Source of the DNA: Mobula hypostoma
Taxonomy: Eukaryota
Direction: 5' to 3'
Length of the DNA: 64,000 nucleotides
Assembly (NCBI RefSeq): GCF_963921235.1
Contig: NC_086097.1
Location: forward strand, 25,980,001-26,044,000
Each line of letters begins with the position of its first letter. Within the stretch, counting starts at the first letter, position 1. Made by a program: the position numbers and the translations under genes. This document shows positions 50,690 through 63,968 of the stretch, in pieces. The notes under the pieces are model-generated. The model searched no databases, had not been told where the DNA came from, and was given only the letters and a program-made list of their open reading frames with translations.

Positions 50690-51315
50690 AGTAAGCTCAC
50701 CACTGCCTCTACTTCCACAAGAGGCTAAAGAAATTTGACATCTCCTCTTTAACTCCAATCAGTTTTTGTTAATACACCAGGAAAACATCCTTCCCGGATC
50801 CACTATGGATTGGTATTGCAACCATTCTGCCTATAATTGCAAGAAACTGCAGAGATTTGATGTCACAACTCAGCAGATCACAGAAACCAGCCTCCCCTCC
50901 ATGGACTCCATCTACACTTTCTCCCCCTTGGCAAAGCAGCCAGCATAATCAAAGACCCCTCCCACTCTGGACATTCTCTTTGTCTCCCCTCTCCCACTGT
51001 GCAGAAGATAGAAAAGCTTGACAGTACATACCACTGGGCTCAAGGACAGTTTCTACCCCACTGTTATATGACTATGGAACAGTTCCTTTGTATGATAATA
51101 TACACTCTTGACCTCACAATATTCCTCATTGTGGCCTTGCAACTTAAATGCCTGCCTGTACTGCACTTTCTCTGTAACTTTAACAATTTATTCAGTACTG
51201 TTACTGTTTTCCCATTGTACTACCTGAATACACTGATGTAATGAAATTATATGTATGGATGGCAGGCCAAAGTTCTTCACTGTGTATGTAAAAATAATAA
51301 AGCAATTTACCAAGT
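50690..51315 (+). mobile_element. Rex1-type LINE 3' fragment
   Basis: CKKLQR..ITETSLPSMDSIY (ORF 50766..50948). Confidence 0.75.
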
Positions 51316-52068
51316 TAATTCATACCCAGAGAGACAAAAGATCACCTCCTCATGCTTGTGTCCTTTCTTAAAAGGACCCTCTCCCCAATTTTAAATGCTC
51401 CCACTGGATGAAATGCTCAGTATGCACCTTTCAAGATGCTATAATTTTTCACTTCAATAAAATCGTCTCTCATTTTCATAATATACATCAATCCCTTTAT
51501 CCCAAGAGTAAATCCAGTGACCTGCACTGCCTCAAAACAACATGACCATCCTTAAACTACCTCACAAATATCATCATCTTCTCTCCCTATCTCTGATTAC
51601 CTGCTGTTCAAATGCTGTGGACAACCAACTGATGAGGACTGCCTTTGAAAAGAAGGCCCAAATTCGCAAGTACAAAAAATGTGCAACACCAGGTCTGATG
51701 CTTCAGAGGCTTTGGGCACAACTGCAGTCTTTTGCAGTGGGACAATGATCTTATGGATACACTGGAATTTCTAAATGTTTCCTTCTTTACATTTCCATTA
51801 TTTCAGCATTATCATTCACTATAAAGGATGTTTTACTTAACTTTTTATTTGTCGCAAAAATGACAAACTTCACCACATATGTCAGTGCTAATAAACCGGA
51901 TTCTGTTGGAAAGTATTTTTCTTTCATTTAGTATGTGTCTGAAAATGTAATTAATATCTTTTTTTTTATTGTTTCCATTACTATGCATTCTAACCAAGGG
52001 CTTATTTTGGTAAGGAATAGTTAAAAAAAAACAATTACAGCAGGAGCTCTGAGTCCTTGACAACTCAC

Positions 52069-54381
52069 CTGAATTTTTGTCTGGAAGCCTATTGATTCTC
52101 CATACAATAGATTTAAAAGCATGTTCATACTTGGCACTTCCCAGTGTTACTCTCATTACAGGTTCAGAGCCAGACACGCTTGCACTACCAAAGCTGGCAC
52201 TCCTATTCACTCTAGCTTTCAGCGACTTCTCTCGCAAGACACCTTCTCGCCTGAAGTTCTTAACCCAGTCCACTGGGACAGGGTATCGAATCATCACATT
52301 TTCACAAGGCATGGCGGCAAGCTGATCTCGATTGGGCACAAATCCCGATGACATCACCAACCAAGATTGAAGTTCCACTTCAGCCCCCTTAACAGAAGCC
52401 AAAGTTTTCAGGGAGAATGGAAGAGCCTTCTCACTAAAAGTAGTCCTGAAATGCATCAACTCAAATTTATGACCATCCAATGGTAAAAATTTTATTAATC
52501 TGGAATTATTGAATTCATCAATATCAACACATTTGTGGAACTGACAGTCATTTATTTTAATCCACTTGGTTGTGGTTGTGGGAATAATGTCATGCCTTGA
52601 AACAACTTCATTTCCTTTCATCTGAACATCATTGAGGCCTATTCGACATTCTGGCATCCCAGAAACAAAAGCCAGAATATTGATATGAGTGACAACACAG
52701 TGTTGGACAAACTTGTTGTCTCCTTTGGCCACAATACCTCGAAATTCATCTTGTACTTCCACTGTTATTTCCTCTTCAATGTAATTGGCACAAATCTCTC
52801 TGGTACTTGGCAGTTTCATTAGAGTATCTTGAACTGTGGTTACAAAGCTTACATAATCTTCATAACAGGTGGTGCCCAGTTTGATTACCTGCACCCTAAC
52901 AGGTGCCTGAACTACTGTTGACAAGGGATGGTACTTACGCTTTTCCCTATATAATACTTGATCTATTCTTATAGTATGTATTTTTCCATTTTCATCAAAG
53001 TTCTGAAGTTTGAGCTCAGACAGCTCATGGAAAGTCTGAAGCTGGATCTCCCTAAAAGGCTTTTCAAGACCTTTTTCATAGAAGAGCTGTAAACATGCAT
53101 TATCTAGCATTTTTACATATATAGGACCCCAGTGTCTTGATGACATTATGTTTTTTTTCTCAGGTATTCGCAACATCATTGTCCACCCATCTCTAGGTGG
53201 AACACGGAAAAGGTCATCCGCATAGCTTTCTGCCTCTAGAGAGTTGAAGGGGTCATCGGCTAAGGTAGGGCAGTTAACCTGATCTGGATCCATAATATTG
53301 ATTTGCTTGAGTTGAGAAACTACTTTATTTTGAAGGGTGCAATTCATTGAGTCATCTATAAACGTAGGATTTAGAGAATTATTGAAAATAATAGAGTCTC
53401 TTTGACCATTGATGTAAGAGCAAGGAAATGGGGAGTCTGGAGAATGACCAAATGTCATGACAGAATCTGTTTGGCTACTGATTTTCATATCAGAAGGTGG
53501 GGAAACAGAATCTGATGAACTTCTGAAAACTGAGTCCTTTTGATTATCCACATCTGCAGCTGGAAATTGAAAGGCTGGATCTAGAGAACTCTCAAAAACA
53601 GCAGAATTCTTTTGTATATTGGCTTTTACATCAGATAGTGAGGAAATAAGATCCTTGGCGTCAGTGAATACAAAAGATTCCCTTTGGTTATTGACTTTTA
53701 TATCAGAAACTGAGAGTGCTGAATTTCTGAAAACAGAATCATCTTGATTATTTATCTTTATATCAGAAAATAGTGACACTAAATCTGAAGAATTCTGGAA
53801 ATCAGCTGAATTCCATTGATCATTTTGATTTCTGCTGGATGTCATAGTAGAATCTATTTGCCTAACGATGTTTGCACCACCAAATGGAGAGTCAGATCCA
53901 TTTACCTGCTGACAGATCTGAGAGTTGTTTTGTGATGAATTGATTACAACAGAACTTTCCTTTTGTTCAAAGAATGCTTGAAATGGGTTGATTGGTGATG
54001 GCTGGACATCACGTAGAGCTTCATCCAAAAATGGGTTCGTGGTACGTGGTGGTGAATAGGGATTTGTAGCAGGTCTATTTAGCGAAAACACATCATTCTT
54101 CTCCTCGGTTGAAAAATCCAACAGATTATTTGTTGATGCTGCCTTTTCTACATCACCTTTAGGCCCAAAGGATGGCTTGACTTTTTCTTGATCTACATAG
54201 CAATGAGAATTTCCCAATTTTGAAAGTGACTTTTGTGTTGGTTCAGGGTCATCGTCAAAAGTGACCCAGGTTGAAAAGCGTGCTGTTGACATTCTGCCTT
54301 CATTCAGTTGTGTGTTATCTAGATGTCTGTTCATTGATTCCACATTTGTTTCATTATGATCATGATAAAACGAGCAAGTTT
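52069..54381 (-). CDS. STON2: Stonin-2 large internal exon (WxxF/NPF linker, stonin-homology domain, most of the mu-homology domain)
   Basis: Lies within ORF 51845..54343. Motifs: ARFSTWVTFDD, TNPFLDEALRDVQPSPINPF, PRDGWTMMLRIPEKKNIMSSRHWGP, GSAKYEHAFKSIVWRINRLPDKNS. Acceptor ttttcttttcag|54381 and donor 52069|gtgagt. Length 2313 nt, phase 1-1. Confidence 0.96.
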
Positions 54382-56079
54382 CTGAAAAGAAAAAAAGTTG
54401 AAAATGTTAAAAACAAAACGGAATACTAATATATACAAATAAAAAGCAAAGACTAGAAATGAGTCATGTCAACATATTTTGAATATAAAAAGGTAAGCAG
54501 CTTGAAGTGATTGTTAATGAGTTGGTAAACAAGATGTATAAGTCAGATTCAGATTCATTTATTTATCGCATATACTTCAAAACATACAGTGAAATACAGT
54601 GAACTTCTCCAAGGATCATCATCCTGTCTTGGCGGAGAGGACTGCGAGTTCCTGAGATCCCAGGAGTGATGACATCAGGAATTTAGCTATCTGGAGCAGA
54701 ACAACTGCTAGAGTCACCTATTGTGGTAAGGTCAAGGGGAGGCTCCAGTCAAAGAGTAATCCATCCAAGACCTTAGCAGTGAGCTTGCATTTCATGCCAC
54801 TGCATCCTGAGCCCAATCTGTCAAGGACCATGTGCTGGCTGCCTAACATCCTACTCGAATCAAGTGAAATGTATCATTTGCATTTATAACCAACACAACC
54901 CAAGGTCGTGCTGGGGTCAGCCTGCAAGTGTCACTACATATTTCAGTGCCAACATAGCATACCACAGTGTTCAGCAGAACAACACAAGCAGCAGCAACAG
55001 CACCAGAACAACATCAAAACAACAACAGTGATTCAAGCCCCTTTCCTCCCTCCCACCCAATGAACTTGTGGATTCGCAGATATCAAACCTCTGACTACCC
55101 TAGTGGACTCTCAGACCTAGAGCTTCGGATATTACAATGTATATTTTTCATTATACTTTAATCATGGTGTCTCTATTATACATGTAGCTGGCTATTCCAT
55201 GCCAGGTTCTTCTCATCGTAGCTTCATTGGAAGACTGGCAGAAGTCTTTGTTATCTTTTCAAAATCAGCAAATGGGGAAAACTCTTACCCTGTTCCAAGA
55301 AAACTCCTGGCAATGATATATTTAACAAAAAAAATGCAATGCATTTCATATATAGGGAGGGTTAGCAGCATTAAGGCAACACAAAATTTATGCTAGCCAT
55401 AACTAGGACAGTTTTTACATATCTTTTCGCACCAGCTTTGAAGTTGAACGGTGTTTGCGATGCTCCAGAAAAAATGTTTTATAATTGCATTGGGACAATT
55501 CAAGAAATACCAATTAATTGAAAGTAACTCCAACAGGAAAATGTTCAAGCATTAGACATTGTAGAAGTGAAAAGACCAAAATAAAAGCTTGTGTAATACA
55601 AATGATCATGAAAATCTATAATAGAAAACAACTGAAATGTAATAGAAAATGCAGACAAACATAGGCAGCCTCCAGTCTTTTGTTACCTAATTTATGCCTA
55701 ATAATGAGACAAATATCTCTGCAATTTGCCAGAAAAGGTTATGCTAACAAGTTAACCAGATAGCCATACTTTATCAATCATCAACCACTCAAATTCTTTG
55801 TCTCTGAGAACCTCTAGAACACTGCCAGAACATTATAGGTCTGGTCTGACAGAATGATCAGGTTCAAATTTCTTAAACGGATCTTTTTCTCTGAGAACAA
55901 AGTCTTTCACCTGAGGCCACCTGGCATTTTTGACTTGGATACTACAGTGTTTCAGATGAAGAAGCAAATGGTAAAAATTGAAATAAAAGTATATAAATGC
56001 ATTTAGTAATCATCTATTCCCCCTCATTTTAAAAAGAAATTAGCTTAAAGAGCACTTAAGAAATTAAGATAGGCCCATG

Positions 56080-56550
56080 GATGATCAAAGGTAGTTATCA
56101 GGAGCACTGTGTATGCAGTGACCTTAGCATTATCAAGGATATCGCCCATCTGTCCCACAATTTCGTTAACCCCCTACGATTAGGCAGAAGGTATTGTAGT
56201 GTTATAGGACAAGGACTGTTAGGATAAGTAACAGCTTCTTCTCCCAAGTCAGGGGTTCGCAACCATGGACCCTTACCATTAACTGTGGGGCAATGGCCCC
56301 AAGTTGGGAGTCCCTACCCTAGGCCGTGAGACCACCAAGGTCTCATCATTTATGAAGTGCCAGTCATGTTATACTGTTTACTTTTTAACTTGTGTCGTAA
56401 ATGCACCTTATTAATTGTTGATTTATAAAGGTGCATTACTTTGTGTGTTAATGCGTATGAGTTCTATTTATTGTGTCTTGGTCCAAATGAACTTTGTTTT
56501 ACTTGGTCGTAAACAAGTATACGGTTGAATGACAGTAAACTTGAACTTGA
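56080..56550 (+). mobile_element. Rex1-type 3' fragment
   Basis: ALSIIKD..H..GRRY remnant and an aaacttgaacttga tail. Confidence 0.6.
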
Positions 56551-56652
56551 TCTTAGAGTAGGTTAAAAGCCAGGCACAACATTGTGGGCCAAAGGGCCTG
56601 TATTATGTTGTAGTGTTAATTATTGTATGTTCTTTGTCCTTAAAAGCAATTA

Positions 56653-58489
56653 GAACCATAGAACCATAGAAACTACAGCACAGAAACAGGCCCTTTGGCC
56701 CTTCTTGGCTGTGCCGAACCATTTTCTGCCTAGTCCCACTGACCTGCACACGGACCATATCCCTCCATACACCTCCCATCCATGTATCTGTCCAATTTAT
56801 TCTTAAATGTTAAAAAAGAACCCGCATTTACCACCTCGTCTGGCAGCTCATTCCATACTCCCACCACTCTCTGTGTGAAGAAGCCCCCGCAACGTTCCCT
56901 TTAAACTTTTCCCCCCTCACCCTTAACCCATGTCCTCTGGTTTTTTTCTCCCCTTGCCTCAGTGGAAAAAGCCTGCTTGCATTCACTCTATCTATACCCA
57001 TCATAATTTTATATACCTCTATCAAATCTCCCCTCATTCTTCTACGCTCCAGGGAATAAAGTCCTAACCTATTCAACCTTTCTCTGTAACTGAGTTTCTC
57101 AAGTCCCGGCAACATTCTAGTAAACCTTCTCTGCACTCTTTCAACCTTATTTATATCCTTCCTGTAATTTGGTGACCAAAACTGAACACAATACTCCAGA
57201 TTTGGCCTCACCAATGCCTTATACAACCTCATCATAACATTCCAGCTCTTATACTCAATACTTTGATTAATAAAGACCAATGTACCAAAAGCTCTCTTTA
57301 CAACCCTATCTACCTGTGACGACACTTTTAGGGAATTTTGTATCTGTATTCCCAGATCCCTCTGTTCCATTGCACTCCTCAGTGCCTTACCATTAACCCT
57401 GTATGTTCTACGTTGGTTTGTCCTTCCAACGTGCAATACCTCACACTTGTCAGTGTTAAACTCCATCTGCCATTTTTCAGCCCATTTTTCCAGCTGGTCC
57501 AAGTCCCTCTGCAGGCTCTGAAAACCTTCCTCACTGTCTACTACACCTCCAATCTTTGTATCATCAGCAAACTTGCTGATCCAATTTACCACATTATCAT
57601 CCAGATCATTGATATAGATGACAAATAACAATGGACCCAGCACTGATCCCTGTGGCACACCACTAGTCACAGGCCTCCACTCAGAGAAGCAATTCTCTGC
57701 CACCACTCTCTGGCTTCTTCCATCGAGCCAATGTCTAATCCAATTTACCACCTCTCCATGTATACCTAGCGACTGAATTTTCCTAACTAACCTCCCATGC
57801 GGGACCTTGTCAAAGGCCTTACTGAAGTCCATGTAGACAATATCCACTGCCTTCCCTTCATCCACTTTCCTGGTAACCTCCTCAAAAAACTCCAACAGAT
57901 TGGTCAAACATGACCTACCATGCACAAAGCCATGTTGACTCTCCCTAATAAGCCCCTGTCTATCCAAATGCTTGTAGATTCTGTCTCTTAGTACTCCCTC
58001 CAATAACTTACCTACTACTGACGTTAAACTCACTGGCCTATAATTTCCAGGATTACTTTTCAATCCTTTTTTAAACAACGGAACAACATGAGCCACTCTC
58101 CAATCCTCCGGCACTTCACCCGTAGACAGCGACATTTTAAATATTTCTGCCAGGGTCCCCGAAATTTCAACACTAGTCTCCTTCAAGGTCTGAGGGAACA
58201 CTCTGTCAGGTCCCGGGGATTTATCCACTTTAATTTTCCTCAAGGCAGCAAGCACCTCCTCCTTTTCAATCTGTACAGTTTCCATGGTCTCACTACTTGA
58301 TTCCCTCAATTCCATAGATTTCATGCCAGCTTCCTTAGTAAGTACAGACGCAAAAAACTTATTTAAGATCTCCCCCATTTCCTTTGGTTCCGCACAAAGC
58401 CGACCACTCTGATCTTCAAGAGGACCAATTTTATCCCTTACAATCCTTTTGCTCTTAATATACTTGTAAAAGCTCTTTGGATTATCCTT
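56653..58489 (-). mobile_element. Young 5'-truncated CR1 LINE (RT domain open, one late frameshift)
   Basis: 554-aa ORF 56828..58492 with KSPGPD, NYRPVSLTS, SGVPQGSVLGP and SKFADD. Tail (ttctatgg)n and TSD caatta (56647-56652 / 58490-58495). Confidence 0.96.
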
Positions 58490-58729
58490 CAATTACACCA
58501 TCTCTCCCCATTTATGCTGCCTGTCCTAACATTTCTAGCACTTTTTGCTTTTTATCAGACAAAACTGTTGCTGAATTTGGAGGTTGTACTGTTGGCTCTG
58601 ATGCAAATCATGTAATATAAGCTCCAATGATTGTTTTTACATGGATTTCCTTGAGGGGCAGGCATAAACATCTTAGAGCTTTTAATTATTTTACACATTC
58701 TTATCTGAGATTGATGCTATTACTTCATG

Positions 58730-58862
58730 AACACACTTAAAATGCTGGAGGTTCTCGGCAGGCCAAGCAGCATCTATGGAGGGGAATAAACAGTTGATGT
58801 TTCAGGCTGAAACTTTTTTCTCAGAGCTGCTGAGCTCCTCCAGTATTTGTGTGTGTTGCCCA
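58730..58862. mobile_element. Palindromic Penelope-terminus mini-element
   Basis: Inverted arms aacacac..aaatgctggagg / cctccagtatttgtgtgtgtt, with a partial hammerhead. Confidence 0.65.
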
Positions 58863-60469
58863 AGGTACTTAGATTGACAAGATAGAACATTGAAACTAAA
58901 TGACTAGTTTTACAATTTCATTAATTGAAACTAAATCATTGCAAGTCTTAGCATTCCATACAATGGTCCTACTAAATAACTTATTCTCTTCTTCCCTAGT
59001 GTACTTCCATAGACAAAAAATGTCAATTGATTGAATACAATTAACATTAGTTGAGAAAAGCAGTTGCCGTCAGGGTAAATTAACATGCTAGTGCTTTTAT
59101 ACTGAATGAAAAATAGCACTGAAGCTAAACCAATTAGCATTCAAATGCATTACAGTACAATTTGTACATAGGAAAATATTATTGCATGTTAGTCTTATGT
59201 TGATTGAAAATGAAATATTCATTCACCAGTTTTTAAATCTTTGTTTCTACTATTTATTTGCATTTTTAGCCTCCAATGACAAAATAGCATTGATAAGATT
59301 AATACTTATTTCATGCAAAATACCATTACATTTCTAAAATGTTTATAAAGTACGGCAGGTTAAAAAACATTCACACTGACACAAGAGTCATAAGCAGAGC
59401 AAAAAAAGACATACTGCTTTAGGGTTCTTTTCACTCCTGAAAATAAGCTGATCATTACTTTGTTTTACAGCAATAGAATACACAGAACCAAATTGCAATT
59501 ATTACAATTGCTTCTCTGATTGGATGCTTCCAAACCTAAATTTGAGTAAAGTGACTTGAAGATGGTTGCTACTGTTTAAAAAATCATTACTTAATTTCAT
59601 ACTTACAATCTTTGCATTAAAAGAACTGAATTCTCATTGGAATGAAGAAAACATTGCCACTGGGCCTAATTATTATGCTGGTATTATTGTACTAAAAGAA
59701 AAATAATACCGAAACAAAATCTATTAATATTGCATTCAGAATTTTTTAGGCCACCTCAGACTTTCCTAATATATAACCAACAGTTCTTAATTCCAGCGTG
59801 TCATTTAATCTTCAGGCAGTTTACATATTAACTGGAAAAATATATTTATGGACTATTGACCATCACACCTTTGAATGGATGTGTGCCTTTTTTAAGGCAT
59901 GATTCTTTCGTCTGACTCAGTGCACAAGTGTAAAATTCTGCATGTACCTTTCTTCTGGGAAAGGAGAAAAAATACAGGGTTGTATTCAAATTGATCAAGG
60001 TTGGGTTATAGATAGAGTCATATAGCATGCTGCACAGATTCCTGATTGCTATGACACTCAATTACAACAGTCAAAAAACTGTCATTCCACAATTTCATCT
60101 TATAAAACTGTAACAACAACTGCAGCAAGAACAAATAATCAGTCTGTTCCCTTTGTAAAATGTATAGTTATTTACGTTGTCACTCTGTTATTGCCTTCCA
60201 CTGAAAGTATTATTGCAAATGAGTAAAGCTCTTTTCCACAATTCAGAAATAACACTAACCACATTTATATGCAGTGTTCGCCGCTTCATAAATTAAAATT
60301 CATGTCTAGTTTTACAGGTTCACAGAGTTCAACTTTGCTCATTTTGCCAAAATATTAAAGTTGTCTAATGTATCCATGAAACAATATGAAAATTCTTGAG
60401 CTCTAATAAACAATTAACAAAAATTTCTTGATTGAATTTGTTTTGGAAGGATGTTGAGGAAATCTACCT

Positions 60470-60985
60470 TGTTATGAATCGCACCTTAACGTCTACCTGC
60501 ACTGCACCTACTCTGTAGCTTTTACACTTCATTCCGCATTTTGTTATTGTTTTACATTATACTACCTTAATGCACTGTGTAATGAATTGATCTACTGTAC
60601 ACGCACAGTTTGTAAGACAAGCTTTTCACTGTACTTCAGTGCATGTGACAAGTTCACATTCAAGTTTATTGTCATTCAACAGTATACATGTTACTGCCAA
60701 ATGAAACAACCTTTGGCCAAACAAAGGTGCACAACACAGTACATATTACTCACACACAACACAAAGTAATATTACCACAAATAAATTAAGAAATAATAAA
60801 ATATATTCCAGAAGATTGACAGTTAGCATAGAGTGCATTTAGGACACAAATTAACAAATCAACAGTATAATGCTCCTGGTGCTTCATACATGGTGAGACA
60901 TGGATGGTGACAGAGGGTTCAATAGTCTCACAGCCTGGGGAAAAAAGCTGTTTCCCATCATAACAGTTCTTGTCCTAATAGACCA
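60470..60985. mobile_element. Tail-to-tail Rex1-type 3' fragments
   Basis: A plus-strand tail ending at ~60650 abuts a minus-strand tail (caagttcacattcaagtttatt). Confidence 0.6.
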
Positions 60986-61029
60986 ATTCCAGCATTATCA
61001 TATATCAAAACTGAACCCTTTTCAACATA

Positions 61030-63968
61030 ATTGTATAAGGGCTAAGAGAGTTGTAAAAGAGCGCCTGAAGGCTTTGTGTGTCAATGCCAGGAGCATTCGT
61101 AACAAGGTGGATGAATTGAAAGTGCAGATTGTTATTAATGATTATGATATAGTTGGGATCACAGAGACATGGCTCCAGGGTGACCAAGGATGGGAGCTCA
61201 ACGTTCGGGGATATTCAATATTCAGGAGGGATAGACATGAAAGAAAAGGAGGTGGGGTGGCGTTGCTGGTTAAAGAGGAGATTAACGCAATAGAAAGGAA
61301 GGACATAAGCCGGGAAGATGTGGAATCGATATGGGTAGAGCTGCATAACACTAAGGGGCAGAAAACGCTGGTGGGAGTTGTGTACAGGCCACCCAACAGT
61401 AGTAGTGAGGTCGGGGATGGTATTAAACAGGAAATTAGAAATGTGTGCAATAAAGGAACAGCAGTTATAATAGGTGACTTCAACCTACATGTAGATTGGG
61501 TGAACCAAATTGGTAAAGGTGCTGAGGAGGAGGATTTCTTGGAATGTATGCGGGATGGTTTTTTGAACCAACATGTCGAGGAACCAACTGGAGAGCAGGC
61601 TATTCTAGACTGGGTTTTGAGCAATGAGGAAGGGTTAATTAGCAATCTTGTCGTGAGAGGGCCCTTGGGTAAGAGTGACCATAATATGGTGGAATTCTTC
61701 ATTAAGATGGAGAGTGACATAGTTAATTCAGAAACAAAGGTTCTGAACTTAAAGAGGGGTAACTTTAAAGGTATGAGACGTGAATTAGCTAAGATAGACT
61801 GGCAAATGACACTTAAAGGATTGACGGTGGATATGCAATGGCAAGCATTTAAAGATTGCATGGATGAACTACAACAATTGTTCATCCCAGTTTGGCAAAA
61901 GAATAAATCAAGGAAGGTAGTGCACCCGTGGCTGATAAGAGAAATTAGGGATAGTATCAATTCCAAAGAAGAAGCATACAAATTAGCCAGAAAAAGTGGC
62001 TCACCTGAGGACTGGGAGAAATTCAGAGTTCAGCAGAGGAGGACAAAGGGCTTAATTAGGAAGGGGAAAAAAGATTATGAGAGAAAACTGGCAGGGAACA
62101 TAAAAAACTGACTGTAAAAGCTTCTATAGATATGTAAAAAGGAAAAGACTGGTAAAGACAAATGTAGGTCCCCTACAGACAGAAACAGGTGAATTGATTA
62201 TGGGGAGTAAGGACATGGCAGACCAATTGAATAATTACTTTCATTCTGTCTTCACTAAGGAGAACATAAATAATCTTCTGGAAATAGTAGGGGACAGAGG
62301 GTCCAGTGAGATGGAGGAACTGAGCGAAATACATGTTAGTAGGGAAGTAGTGTTAGGTAAATTGAAGGGATTAAAGGCAGATAAATCCCCAGGGCCAGAT
62401 GGTCTGCATCCCAGAGTGCTTAAGGAAGTAGCCCAAGAAATAGTGGATGCATTAGTGATAATTTTTCAAAACTCGTTAGATTCTGGACTAGTTCCTGAGG
62501 ATTGGAGGGTGGCTAATGTAACCCCACTTTTTAAAAAAGGAGGGAGAGAGAAACCGGGGAATTATAGACCGGTTAGCCTAACATTGGTGGTGGGGAAACT
62601 GCTAGAGTCAGTTATCAAAGATGTGATAACAGCACATTTGGAAAGCGGTGAAATCATCGGACAAAGTCAGCATGGATTTGTGAAAGGAAAATCATGTCTG
62701 ACGAATCTCATTGAATTTTTTGAGGATGTAACTAGTAGAGTGGATAGGGGAGAACCAGTGGATGTGGTATATTTGGATTTTCAAAAGGCTTTTGACAAGG
62801 TCCCACACAGGAGATTAGTGTGCAAACTTAAAGCACACGGTATTGGGGGTAAGGTATTGATGTGGATAGAGAATTGGTTAGCAGACAGGAAGCAAAGAGT
62901 GGGAATAAACGGGACCTTTTCAGAATGGCAGGCAGTGACTAGTGGGGTACCGCAAGGCTCGGTGCTGGGACCCCAGCTGTTTACAATATATATTAATGAC
63001 TTGGATGAGGGAATTAAATGCAGCATCTCCAAGTTTGCGGATGACACGAAGCTGGGCGGCAGTGTTAGCTGTGAGGAGGATGCTAAGAGGATGCAGGGTG
63101 ACTTGGATAGGTTGGGTGAGTGGGCAAATTCATGGCGGATGCAATTTAATGTGGATAAATGTGAAGTCATCCACTTTGGTGGCAAAAATAGGAAAACAGA
63201 TTATTATCTGAATGGTGGCCGATTAGGAAAAGGGGAGGTGCAACGAGACCTGGATGTCATTATACACCAGTCATTGAAAGTGGGCATGCAGGTACAGCAG
63301 GCGGTGAAAAAGGCGAATGGTATGCTGGCATTTATAGCGAGAGGATTCGAGTACAGGAGCAGGGAGGTACTACTGCAGTTGTACAAGGCCTTGGTGAGAC
63401 CACACCTGGAGTATTGTGTGCAGTTTTGGTCCCCTAATCTGAGGAAAGACATCCTTGCCATAGAGGGAGTACAGAGAAGGTTCACCAGATTGACTCCTGG
63501 GATGGCAGGACTTTCATATGAAGAAAGACTGGATGAACTAGGCTTGTACTCGTTGGAATTTAGAAGATTGATGGGGGATCTGATTGAAACGTATAAAATC
63601 CTAAAGGGATTGGACAGGCTAGATGCAGGAAGATTGTTCCCGATGTTGGGGAAGTCCAGAACGAGGGGTCACAGTTTAAGGATAAAGGGGAAGCCTTTTA
63701 GGACAGAGATTAGGAAAAACTTCTTCACACAGAGAGTGGTGAATCTGTGGAATTCTCTGCCACAGGAAACAGTTGAGGCCAGTTCATTGGCTATATTTAA
63801 GAGGGAGTTAGATATGGCCCTTGTGGCTAGGGGGATCAGAGGGTATGGAGGGAAGGCTGGTGCAGGGTTCCGAGTTGGATGATCAGCCATGATCATAATA
63901 AATGGCGGTGCAGGCTCGAAGGGCCGAATAGCCTACTCCTGCACCTATTTTCTATGTTTTCTATGTTT
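61030..63968 (+). mobile_element. Young CR1 LINE with near-intact ORF2 (APE + RT), antisense to STON2 and probably intronic
   Basis: APE: NARSIRNK, GITETW, GVVYRPP, GDFN, SDH. RT: KSPGPDG, GVPQGSVLGP, FADD. Single +1 frameshift in the A6 run at 62102-62107. (ttctatgt)n tail. Confidence 0.96.

Noticed and set aside
51845..52068. C-terminal tail of the 832-aa ORF (GELSRTQSSCC...), and its GTG start at 54343
   Set aside because: The tail is intronic read-through past the donor at 52069/52068, and stonin similarity resumes at 37581. The start codon is internal to an exon that begins at the acceptor at 54381.
59948..59954. cccag|aagaaag|gtacat possible 7-nt microexon
   Set aside because: Not frame-preserving, weak donor and no homology.
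60900..61034. N-terminal extension of the 403-aa endonuclease ORF
   Set aside because: Derived from an antisense Rex1 fragment and flanking DNA upstream of the CR1 truncation point.
61142..63896. Antisense ORFs (279, 134, 93 and 75 aa)
   Set aside because: Shadow frames of CR1 ORF2. The same applies to 10715..11332 and 57338..57628.
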